Source: Escherichia coli
GTDB taxonomy: Bacteria > Pseudomonadota > Gammaproteobacteria > Enterobacterales > Enterobacteriaceae
Assembly: GCF_044324875.1 (NCBI RefSeq)
Contig: NZ_CP172185.1
Reading direction: 5' to 3' (one strand)
DNA: 64,000 nt
The position numbers and the translations under genes are program-made. A model generated the notes under the pieces. It was given only the letters and a program-made list of their open reading frames with translations, made no database searches and had not been told where the DNA came from. The first letter of the stretch is position 1; each line of letters starts with the position of its first letter. Shown piece by piece: positions 7,269 to 15,640 of the stretch.

Positions 7269-10184
7269 TTACTGAGTCAGTTTTTTTATCAGGTCGTGAA
7301 TTTTATCACCTGAAAACTGGGTCATGAAAGTTATCTTTATGGATTTACTGATTTGTTCGAAGAGTTTCTGTGCATGTTTTATTTTATCGCGTTCTTCATG
7401 TCTGAGTTCACGTTTGCCATCAACATTTTTGGTTTCAATAATAAGGTTCAGATAATCACCCTTTGACGTGTTTACAACATAAGCGAAGTCAGGGGAGTAA
7501 GTGTATCCTCCCGCTACAGGAATTTTTATTGAATTTTTGGGGATCTTTGTGAAGACAATGACTGACCTGACCTCACCCTCTGTCATATTGAGTTTTTCAA
7601 GTTCTGAATCATAAAATACTTCTTCAAAAAGATAAGAGTCCAGTGGAGGGCTTGTATTATCCTGTAAAACGCCAAGATCACTTGACAATACATCAGCAAG
7701 ATAACCGCCGTCTGCATTGGTGAATTTCGTGGGATGGACAGTTCCTGATATTACATTATACCCAAGGCTGAATTTACTGAACGAGTTATTAAGCAAATAC
7801 TTGCTGAAACCAGATTTAATTTTTCTGATTGTCTGAATGTTAAGGTATTCAGTTATATTTATGATGTCTTTTATATCACAAAAAACCTTATGCATGGTGT
7901 CATGTTTGACAAAAATAGTCTGTGATAATTTATCAAGGAATTCACGATAGCTCATTGTGTTTATTTTGTGAAAATTATCCTCATCAACACTGAGAATGCT
8001 TTTCGACATTGCCGTATCATTATGGATATAAATTCTTTCAATACGAGTATGAGCACCGGATTTGGTAAATCTGTCTGCTTCTTCCAGCATAAACGCTCTG
8101 AAAAGGGATAAAAACTCACGTTCACTTTTTATTTTATACTCAATCACGACCTTTTGATTGATCAAGTCCCATAGTTCTTTCAGCTCACTGAACTTACCAA
8201 CACGCATTTTAGTGCGTCTTTTTCCATCAGAGGCTTTTTTTATTTTGCCTGGTTTCACTCCTGCAGGAAATGCTGCCGGATATCTGGCTTTTAAGCGGCT
8301 ATAGGCATCTGAATCTTTGAAGTTATCATTATCATCAATGATCTCATCATCAAAAATTTCATTCAAGAGTGTTCTGGAGGAAAGCTCCGGATATTGAGAC
8401 AGGATTTTATCCTTAAGTTCCTGAGTAAACTTACCTGGAACAGTCTCTTTGAAAGAACTATCGTTGATCTCTTTGACAAGAGAATCGACAAAATCTTTTT
8501 CTGTAAAATCAACATAATAGTTGAGGGTAAAATTGCGGTCTTTCACACGACACATGTATTCATTCACCGGAAGACGTAAACCACGCCCTACTTCCTGAAG
8601 TTTAGATGTGGTGCTACCGCTCGAACGGAGCTTACAAATCTGAAAGACATTTGGGTTATCCCATCCCTCACGCAACGTCCATTTAGAGAAAATGAAACGG
8701 CGAGGATTTTCTAAAGACAATAGAAGCTCTTTATCATGAAGGATTTCGTTGATTTCCTGCTCAATTTTATCATCTTTATCACTATTATCTTTTGAAAAAT
8801 AACCACCATGAACAGAAGATATATCCTTAACAGTTTTTTCAAGGTAGTTTCTGTAAAACTCATCTTTTTCTGTTTTTAACAGTTCATTTGCTTCTGCCAA
8901 AACGTATTCTTCGAACTTAGTTTTCAGGCTTCCTGCAATATCATTACCATCACGATAGCCTTCAATGTCATCAATGAAGAAAAGAGTAAGAGGTTTTATG
9001 CGTGGCCTTTGTGTCAGATACTCTTTTTCTAACTTAAAGTGTTCTTTGACAGCTTTACGTATCATGTTATCAGCAAGTGTCTGATCGTAAGAATAGGGGT
9101 TTATCGAACTACCAATTTTTAGCTCAATACCATTACTCAACACTGCTGTATTCTTATTTAAAGCATCAAGAGTTAAATCATGGATCGCACTATGCGTCTT
9201 AGATAGTGATTCACCTTTGGCTAACTTAAAAATTTTTTTATTATTATTTTCGTTCAGTTCAAATGTAGCTTCTTTTCCGTCAGATTTGACCAACTTGAGG
9301 TTGGCATTACCATCACCAACTATATCCTCAATGTATGCATCAATACCTTTAACAAGATCTTCATTGAAGGCATCTACGGCTGTAAGACGATAAACTAAGT
9401 TCTTATATCCTTCACTAAAGGTTGCACCATAGCGGATGATATATTGGGCATTAAATTTTTGAATATGTTCCCATGTCTTTTTACCAGTAGGAAATTTATG
9501 AGGCTCATCAATGATAATGAATGGTTTTATCGCACTAAGTGCAGAAAATGGGGTATCAAACTGATTATTAAGCAAGCCAACATCATAAGTGTCAGTTAAA
9601 GACTTAGAGTTAATCATCCCTGAATTGATCACAAGAATGTGTATATATTTCTTATTGAAATTACTTGCTTCAACAAAATCATGGATAGCTTGAGGCATAT
9701 ACGATTTTGTATTTTTACCCGAACGTTTCTGACTTTCAACAACGTAAGTCTTTAGTTCACGCTCGTAATCATCTCGAAAGTGTTCTTTTATAGCATCGCT
9801 TTTTAAAAAGTTAACGGTTCCGGCTTTGATCGATAGGGTAGGAACAATGATGATAAACTTGTTAATACCAAATGATTTGTTCAGGTCAAAAATTGTTTTG
9901 GTGTAAGTATAAGTTTTACCTGTACCTGTCTCCATAGAAACATCAATTACGTTGCTTTTAGCATCGTAATTATCTTTTGAGTGCTCAATACCATTGAACT
10001 CCTGAACATTTTTTATGTTGTTGTAGTATTGTTGTTCAGATAGATTCAGTTCTGGATTAGCTAACAGGCGAATTGCAACATGATCCGTCTGATGAGGTAT
10101 GGCGGATACAAAGACATTCATTACCGAATCAACGCCAGCCTTTTGATGAGGTAAATTTTTTTCGAATGTGAACCCTTTAGACAT
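7269..10184 (-). CDS. res: Type III restriction endonuclease Res subunit (helicase-nuclease)
   Basis: 971 aa; Walker A METGTGKTYT, DExH-like IIIDEPHKF, C-terminal PD-(x)n-ExK-like SPDFAYVV...IIETK; directly downstream of mod with a 2-nt gap; AT-rich. Confidence 0.85.
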   Translation of the reverse strand: MSKGFTFEKNLPHQKAGVDSVMNVFVSAIPHQTDHVAIRLLANPELNLSEQQYYNNIKNVQEFNGIEHSKDNYDAKSNVIDVSMETGTGKTYTYTKTIFDLNKSFGINKFIIIVPTLSIKAGTVNFLKSDAIKEHFRDDYERELKTYVVESQKRSGKNTKSYMPQAIHDFVEASNFNKKYIHILVINSGMINSKSLTDTYDVGLLNNQFDTPFSALSAIKPFIIIDEPHKFPTGKKTWEHIQKFNAQYIIRYGATFSEGYKNLVYRLTAVDAFNEDLVKGIDAYIEDIVGDGNANLKLVKSDGKEATFELNENNNKKIFKLAKGESLSKTHSAIHDLTLDALNKNTAVLSNGIELKIGSSINPYSYDQTLADNMIRKAVKEHFKLEKEYLTQRPRIKPLTLFFIDDIEGYRDGNDIAGSLKTKFEEYVLAEANELLKTEKDEFYRNYLEKTVKDISSVHGGYFSKDNSDKDDKIEQEINEILHDKELLLSLENPRRFIFSKWTLREGWDNPNVFQICKLRSSGSTTSKLQEVGRGLRLPVNEYMCRVKDRNFTLNYYVDFTEKDFVDSLVKEINDSSFKETVPGKFTQELKDKILSQYPELSSRTLLNEIFDDEIIDDNDNFKDSDAYSRLKARYPAAFPAGVKPGKIKKASDGKRRTKMRVGKFSELKELWDLINQKVVIEYKIKSEREFLSLFRAFMLEEADRFTKSGAHTRIERIYIHNDTAMSKSILSVDEDNFHKINTMSYREFLDKLSQTIFVKHDTMHKVFCDIKDIINITEYLNIQTIRKIKSGFSKYLLNNSFSKFSLGYNVISGTVHPTKFTNADGGYLADVLSSDLGVLQDNTSPPLDSYLFEEVFYDSELEKLNMTEGEVRSVIVFTKIPKNSIKIPVAGGYTYSPDFAYVVNTSKGDYLNLIIETKNVDGKRELRHEERDKIKHAQKLFEQISKSIKITFMTQFSGDKIHDLIKKLTQ

Positions 10185-10186
10185 GA

Positions 10187-12223
10187 TTAGTTTCTTACCA
10201 CCAAATCTAAATCAATAGATTTTTTATTAGCATAACTTTTTAGTGCTTCATTGAGTTCCATCTGTTTCGCACTTTCGAAGTTGCTGCCATAAAATACAAC
10301 TTTGTTAGGGGCAAAGTCTTTGTCTGCATCCAGCTTTTGAAGTAAAGCTTTCAAAGCCTCACTTGTGAAATTAGGCGCAATTAGATATAGCCGACCATCG
10401 CACAAGTGTGCTTTGTAGCCATTAAGGTCAATATCTTCAATTGGTGTTGTTAGCAAGCTGCCATCATACACGCACCATGTCGTCAATAGAGTGTCATACT
10501 GCTCTGGTGTCAATACAGCATCGTCAAAGAAACTAAGATTAGAAAGCGTAAGTTCAGACTCATCTTTCACTCGAAAATTATGAACTGTTTCAAATATTTT
10601 AAATCCCAAATCTCCATTATAATTAGGATTATCTTTTTTCAGCTTTTTTCCTGCCTTAATAATTCTGTCTTTTGTTATATTGAAGATGGATTTATACCCT
10701 TCTTTATAGGCTTGTTTCTTTTTATCTGTTTCTTCATCTAATTGAACACAGATGAAGTTTCTTTTCCTGCCGTCTTCAATATTTAACTCCAGAATACCAT
10801 GAGCTGTAGTTCCAGAGCCAGCAAAAAAGTCAAGATAAATGTCTTTATCTTCGGTTTTTACTGAACCAAATAGTGTTTTTATTAAACTTGTTGGCTTCGG
10901 GTAGGAGAAATATCCTTTCCCACCAAAAAGATTTTCAACCTCAACACCACCATCACTTTTAGTTGAAATAATTGATCTTAGTAAAAACTCTTCAACTTCA
11001 TCTAAAAATTTAACCGAACTGGGTTGGGTGTTTTCTGTACTGGCAAACCAAATTCCACCACAAATAACGCTACCATCATGTAGTTTTTTGATATCTGCAT
11101 ACTTTCCATCTATTCTTTTTGCAATATGATTAAAAGTGCCTTCTTTCCAACGCCAGCCTCTGTCTGGGATTTTGACAGGGTTATTAGTCAAAGGGTGCAA
11201 TACTTCATACGTGGGTCCAAATGAATCTGCATTAGGCCAGCTCATATTAATTTTACCCCATGGCCTATAATCTTCGTTCAAACAGTTGTAAAGAGTAATT
11301 CCACGATCATATCCGTTGGAGCTGTAGAATTTTTTGAGTTGCTGCTCTGCTTTATCTAATGGCACCTTCTCCTTTTTTAACTTTTCAATAAACTGATATA
11401 CATCATCAATACCATCTTTCCGCATTAAAAATTCTTTACTTATTTCGTTATTCTTCGCATAAGCAAGGATGTACTCATGGATATTACCAATACCCTTATC
11501 ATTTTTAGGGATACGTTTATTCCATACAATATTTTCTATGAAATTTGCTTCGCCAAAAATTTCATCACAAATAGTTTTAAGTTGATTTAATTCATTTTCG
11601 TCAATCGAAATAAATATCACACCATCTTCACGTAGAAGCTCACGAGCAATATATAAACGAGGATAAATGAACGTTAACCATGCGCTATGGCTGCTTGAAC
11701 CATTCGTGGTAAATTCAAGTATACGTTTAGCCTCATCAAGATCGATACCTGCCAGATCAGAAAGCTGTTCAGGTGTAAACTTGCGATCATCGTTATAGGC
11801 GAATCCATCCTTACCTGTATTGTATGGTGGATCAATGTAAATCATCTTCACCTTTTCAGAGTAAGCATTAACCATATGCTTCAATACTTCGAGGTTATCC
11901 CCTTTGATTAACAGATTCTGACTGTTTTTGTTCTCTTCACGTTGGTTATGGTCTTTATCTTCGGAGAGTAATGTCTTCGGCGGCAAGTTAGCTAACAGAC
12001 GGGCATAGGATTTACCAAGCCAGTTCAGGCTGTATGATTCTTTGGAGAGTTCAACATCCGATGATTTGACGATTTCAAGCAATTTTTCCTGAATGAACGC
12101 TCCATTTTTATCAAAACACTGTGGAAAGTTAGCCTTTAAAATCGCAAGCTGTTTACTGTTTGTGGTTTCAGTTTCAGAGAAAAGAGTTTCTTTTTTCAGT
12201 TGAAATTGGGGTTGTGTATTCAT
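10187..12223 (-). CDS. mod: Type III DNA methyltransferase Mod (N6-adenine)
   Basis: 678 aa; motif IV IYIDPPYNTG before motif I LDFFAGSGTT (beta-class order typical of Type III Mod); strong GGAGG RBS; ATG 12223 overlaps the stop of the upstream leader ORF. Confidence 0.9.
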   Translation of the reverse strand: MNTQPQFQLKKETLFSETETTNSKQLAILKANFPQCFDKNGAFIQEKLLEIVKSSDVELSKESYSLNWLGKSYARLLANLPPKTLLSEDKDHNQREENKNSQNLLIKGDNLEVLKHMVNAYSEKVKMIYIDPPYNTGKDGFAYNDDRKFTPEQLSDLAGIDLDEAKRILEFTTNGSSSHSAWLTFIYPRLYIARELLREDGVIFISIDENELNQLKTICDEIFGEANFIENIVWNKRIPKNDKGIGNIHEYILAYAKNNEISKEFLMRKDGIDDVYQFIEKLKKEKVPLDKAEQQLKKFYSSNGYDRGITLYNCLNEDYRPWGKINMSWPNADSFGPTYEVLHPLTNNPVKIPDRGWRWKEGTFNHIAKRIDGKYADIKKLHDGSVICGGIWFASTENTQPSSVKFLDEVEEFLLRSIISTKSDGGVEVENLFGGKGYFSYPKPTSLIKTLFGSVKTEDKDIYLDFFAGSGTTAHGILELNIEDGRKRNFICVQLDEETDKKKQAYKEGYKSIFNITKDRIIKAGKKLKKDNPNYNGDLGFKIFETVHNFRVKDESELTLSNLSFFDDAVLTPEQYDTLLTTWCVYDGSLLTTPIEDIDLNGYKAHLCDGRLYLIAPNFTSEALKALLQKLDADKDFAPNKVVFYGSNFESAKQMELNEALKSYANKKSIDLDLVVRN

Positions 12224-12432
12224 AACGCACCTCCAGAATGCACGGAGGTACTTGACGCGGAATTTTTATACAGGCATATTGTTGCGTTGCGTTGCGTTGC
12301 GTTGCGTTGCGTTGCGTTGCGTTTCGTTGCGTTGCGTTGCGTTGCGTTGCGTTGCGTTGCGTTGCGTTGCGTTGCGTTGCGTTGCGTTGCGTTGCGTTGC
12401 GTTGCGTTGCGTTGCGTTGCGTTGCGTTTCAT
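12220..12432 (-). CDS. repeat-containing leader ORF, 70 codons, MK(RNATQ)n..., translationally coupled to mod
   Basis: ATG at 12432 with GAGG 7 nt upstream; the whole pentanucleotide tract is inside the ORF; TGA stop overlaps mod ATG (ATGA). Confidence 0.4.
   Translation of the reverse strand: MKRNATQRNATQRNATQRNATQRNATQRNATQRNATKRNATQRNATQRNATICLYKNSASSTSVHSGGAL
12281..12430. repeat. pentanucleotide tandem repeat (GTTGC)n, 30 units, 28 perfect
   Basis: Read directly: 8 perfect units, GTTTC variant at 12321..12325, 20 perfect units 12326..12425, GTTTC variant 12426..12430. Confidence 0.95.
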
Positions 12433-12465
12433 TAAATAGCCTCGAGTTTCGTTTTACAGGTTTTT

Positions 12466-12494
12466 ATTCTAACCTGAATTGTTGATTTTCTGAA
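12466..12494 (-). promoter_or_regulatory. candidate sigma70 promoter for the leader-mod-res transcript (-35 TTCAGA, 17-nt spacer, -10 TAGAAT)
   Basis: Hexamers read on the minus strand upstream of the leader RBS; no experimental support. Confidence 0.25.
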
Positions 12495-12505
12495 TAAGTC
12501 TGACG

Positions 12506-12680
12506 TCAGTTGTTACGGGAAGGTATCAGAGTGGCTAGATGCACTGTGGCACGTCTCATGGCGGTTATGGGGCTTGCCGGCGTTCTCCGGGGGGTAAAGC
12601 TCCGTGCTACTGTCACCTGGAACGCCGTTGCCGCAGGCGACCGCGTAAACCGTCTGTACCGCCCGGGCCCAATATTAAGA
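12506..12680 (+). pseudogene. IS3-family transposase (OrfB-like) internal fragment, degenerate
   Basis: Translation LLREGIRVARCTVARLMAVMGLAGVLRG...AVAAGDRVNR resembles the middle of IS3-family OrfB; no start; homology ends abruptly. Confidence 0.5.
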
Positions 12681-12709
12681 ACTAACGTCATACCAGGGAC
12701 GTTGTCTGA

Positions 12710-13723
12710 ATGGATGAGAAGCTAAAACATGCGGATTTATCGTCTTTGCCAGAGCAGGTGAGGGTTGCCGCTAGGGAGCTTGTTGACCTGAAGTTTCGTA
12801 TCGATATGGCAGCAAGAGGCGGTACGTCAGGGATACCACTTGACCTGCATGGGAGGATGACAGGAGGAGAATGGGGGCCGCATTGCGGGCTGGAATTTTT
12901 CTGCAGCATCATTCCTTTTTTCCCGCGAGATTTTGAAACCTGTTCAGTAACTGAAATGTTGGTTCCTACCTTACATACCTTCGGCTGCAACTGGCGTTGG
13001 TGGCCCGATCGTTATTGTAGCGACAAAGATGAACACTATATACGGCGTCACATTTTTTCTGATTACGGGCTGAAAAGTACGAGCTATACCTTCATTCCTC
13101 AGTTGGGATTGTTCTGCCCGAGTGAAGGTAAAAATCGTGTTAACTTCTGCCGCCATCACGGTATCGAATATATCCCCGCACAGGTTTATTCCCATGATTA
13201 CCCAGAAGCAAATCGAATCTCTGTGTACGTTCAGGATACTGCCGGAGGGCTGGATGTGTGGGCCGTTCTTGATAATCGCTATGTTCAGAAGGTTACTCAC
13301 TATGCCTTTGCGCTCCCACTTTTGTGCGCTTATGGGGTAGAGTTCCCAGGTAAGTGGCCAGCAGGATGGCCATCGATATCGGACCTCCTGGCTAATCAAC
13401 TGTGTTGCACTGATGACACAACCTTTCATAAACCCGTGATCGATATGCAAGCTGTCAGGGATACGCTGGATCGTGATGAGAACAGCAGAGAGGATGGGGA
13501 GATGTATGTCAAAACCAATGTGGTTGAGCTGCCGCTGGCCGGGCTGGTTCGCTTCATTCTGATCGCAATGTTACTGAGTTTAGGTGCGTTGTTCATCCAC
13601 GAGGTACTGGATGAGGGAAGCCTGTCCAGGATTGCACTGGGAATAAGCACTTTCACGGCTGGCGTGGTTGCTTCGTTTTTTATCCCAGCGTTCCGTATCA
13701 AGAAAAAATATCTTCGCAAATAG
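12710..13723 (+). CDS. hypothetical protein with two C-terminal transmembrane helices (337 aa)
   Basis: ORF track; Cys/Trp-rich soluble part, then hydrophobic helices and a KKK tail; no recognised domain. Confidence 0.35.
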   Translation: MDEKLKHADLSSLPEQVRVAARELVDLKFRIDMAARGGTSGIPLDLHGRMTGGEWGPHCGLEFFCSIIPFFPRDFETCSVTEMLVPTLHTFGCNWRWWPDRYCSDKDEHYIRRHIFSDYGLKSTSYTFIPQLGLFCPSEGKNRVNFCRHHGIEYIPAQVYSHDYPEANRISVYVQDTAGGLDVWAVLDNRYVQKVTHYAFALPLLCAYGVEFPGKWPAGWPSISDLLANQLCCTDDTTFHKPVIDMQAVRDTLDRDENSREDGEMYVKTNVVELPLAGLVRFILIAMLLSLGALFIHEVLDEGSLSRIALGISTFTAGVVASFFIPAFRIKKKYLRK

Positions 13724-13725
13724 TT

Positions 13726-13993
13726 GTGGCATTTCTTGAACACTTTTTCGAGACAGGTTCAACCGCAGGCATTCAGGCCAAACATGCGGTTAAACTACGT
13801 ATTCAATTAACTGCCCTAAATATGGCTAAGCGCCCGGACGATATGTCTGTCTGCACCTAGGTGGAAATTACACCCTCTAAAGGGAGCTGATCTTAGAGGT
13901 CATTGGGAAATATCAGTAAACTCTAACTGGCGAATTACCTTTCGATTTGAAGGCGAAGACGCAATTCTGGTTGACTATCAGGATTATCATTGA
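13726..13993 (+). pseudogene. higB: HigB/RelE-family toxin remnant (frameshifted, no start)
   Basis: Two frames together give ...FFETGSTAGIQAKHAVKLRIQLTALN... / ...WKLHPLKGADLRGHWEISVNSNWRITFRFEGEDAILVDYQDYH*, the characteristic HigB C-terminus as I remember it. Confidence 0.5.
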
Positions 13994-13998
13994 GGGAT

Positions 13999-14001
13999 AA
14001 C
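13999..14001. repeat. 3-bp target-site duplication AAC (left)
   Basis: AAC flanks both ends of the IS629-like element (right copy 14747..14749). Confidence 0.45.
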
Positions 14002-14746
14002 TGAACCGCCCCGGGAATCCTGGAGACTAAACTCCCTGATAAAGAGGTAAACAGAATGACTAAAAATACTCGTTTTTCCCCCGAAGTCCGTCAGAGGGCG
14101 ATTCGTATGGTTCTGGAAAGTCAGGGCGAATATGACTCACAGTGGGCGGCAATTTGTTCCATTGCCCCAAAGATTGGCTGTACACCGGAGACTCTGCGTG
14201 TCTGGGTACGCCAGCATGAGCGGGATACCGGAGGCGGTGATGGCGGGCTCACCACCGCTGAACGTCAGCGTCTGAAAGAGCTGGAACGTGAAAATCGTGA
14301 ACTGCGCCGCATCGTCTATGGAAACGACATTCGTGCTGGATGCTCTGGAGCAGGCGTTATGGGCCCGTCGACCGTCCGGCACAGTCCATCACAGTGATAA
14401 AGGTTCTCAGTATGTATCGCTGGCCTACACACAGCGGCTTAAGGAAGCCGGATTACTGGCATCAACAGGAAGTACTGGTGACTCGTATGACAACGCGATG
14501 GCGGAGAGCATCAATGGCCTTTACAAAGCGGAGGTAATACACCGTAAGAGCTGGAAAAACCGGACAGAAGTGGAGCTGGCCACACTCACGTGGGTGGACT
14601 GGTATAACAATCGACGATTGCTGGAAAGGCTGGGCCATATCCCACCGGCAGAAGCAGAAAAAGCTTATTATGCTTCCATCGGAAACGATGATCTGGCAGC
14701 CTGAGTTCACAGATAAAACACTCTCCAGGAAACCCGGGGCGGTTCA
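14002..14746 (+). mobile_element. IS629-like (IS3 family) element with ~565-bp internal deletion
   Basis: Terminal inverted repeats TGAACCGCCCCGGG(A/T)TTCCTGGAGA at both ends; OrfA N-terminus [15 protein letters not shown]...RENRELRR is fused directly to OrfB C-terminal part ...[11 protein letters not shown]...DDLAA; 745 bp against ~1.3 kb expected (from memory). Confidence 0.7.
14056..14704 (+). pseudogene. truncated and fused IS3-family orfA/orfB
   Basis: ORF track 14056..14397 (OrfA 1-87 plus out-of-frame tail) and 14288..14704 (OrfB C-terminal ~130 aa). Confidence 0.6.
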
Positions 14747-14749
14747 AAC
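14747..14749. repeat. 3-bp target-site duplication AAC (right)
   Basis: See 13999..14001. Confidence 0.45.
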
Positions 14750-14767
14750 TATGAGTCGTATTCATAA

Positions 14768-14959
14768 TCCCGCCACTCAGGCGCGGTTCTTCGTGAAGAT
14801 CTGGGAGATATGTCAGTCACAGACGCTGCCACCGCATTGGGCATTACTCGCACGGCGCTTTCCCGGATTCTGAACGAAAAAGCGGGTATTTCTGCGGATA
14901 TGGCGCTCCGTCTGGAATCAGCACTCGGAACCAGCGCCGAAATGTGGACAGGTATGTAA
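14768..14959 (+). pseudogene. higA: HigA-like HTH antitoxin remnant (frameshifted, truncated)
   Basis: Translation HSGAVLREDLGDMSVTDAATALGITRTALSRILNEKAGISADMALRLESALGTSAEMW, an XRE-type HTH; normal start displaced by the IS insertion; C-terminal continuation is in another frame. Confidence 0.45.
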
Positions 14960-15163
14960 TCACAGTATGAGCTTTGGGTTGCTTCGCAAACTGCTCGCCC
15001 AAACATTCGCCCATTATTTCACCATGCCTGACATGCATTCCCCAACATTGGACGGGGAGCCGTCATGGAGGGGGCTACGCAGGAACCGCCGAAAGCACGC
15101 TGTTTTATATTTGTTTTATTGAATATAAGAGGAGGCCATAAAACGGCCCCCTTGTTTTTATCA

Positions 15164-15489
15164 GAAAGAGTAACGGAAGCTGGCGTTCACCGCGTTATCC
15201 ACGTTGTACTTACCAAATGCCGATTTCTCAAACTCCAGACCAAAGCGGAGATTATCGCGAATTTCTGCATTCAGACCAACATTCATGAGCATACGTCCGT
15301 CTTTCTCGCCTTTGATGCGTTTTTCACCAGAGGCATCGCGCGGAACGGTTTCACTGTTTGCCAGAATGTCAAACTGGTAACCGAGGCCGGCACGGGCAGT
15401 GACTTTCCAGTCCTTACCAGAGAAGGTTTTACCGACATCGATACCGGTACGGCCAATCAGCGGGTTGAAGTCCTTTCTGGTGTGAGAAC
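15164..15489 (-). pseudogene. autotransporter beta-domain C-terminal fragment (Ag43/AIDA-I-like), 5'-truncated
   Basis: Minus-strand translation ...GLGYQFDILANSETV...MLMNVGLNAEIRDNLRFGLEFEKSAFGKYNVDNAVNASFRYSF* with terminal aromatic; in-frame stop immediately upstream, no start. Confidence 0.45.
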
Positions 15490-15640
15490 CTTAAGGAAAT
15501 CGTCCGCAGCCCCATTACCGTCTTATATCACTGGCGCTGACATGTATTATCCGGGGAGTTAAGTCTGTCGATGTCCGACAGACTTTTGATAATGGAAACA
15601 ACATGCAGCGATAATGTGCATGCTGTTTTGCAGGTGGAAC

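Noticed and set aside
12281-12430. Possible CRISPR array
   Set aside because: Units are 5 nt with no spacers; this is a simple tandem repeat, not a repeat-spacer array.
12200-12485. Plus-strand ORFs 12200..12439 and 12252..12485 encoding (VALRC)n pentapeptide repeats
   Set aside because: They are the antisense reading of the pentanucleotide tract; the minus-strand leader with RBS and ATGA coupling to mod is the coherent interpretation.
15065-15562. ORF track 15065..15562 (+), 165 aa
   Set aside because: Antisense to the autotransporter beta-domain fragment, which gives the recognisable translation; treated as a shadow ORF.
15561-15585. Inverted repeat AAGTCTGTCG-N5-CGACAGACTT as a terminator for the 15641..16843 gene
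   Set aside because: Perfect stem but no adjacent U-tract on either strand and it lies inside the truncated region; function not supportable from sequence alone.
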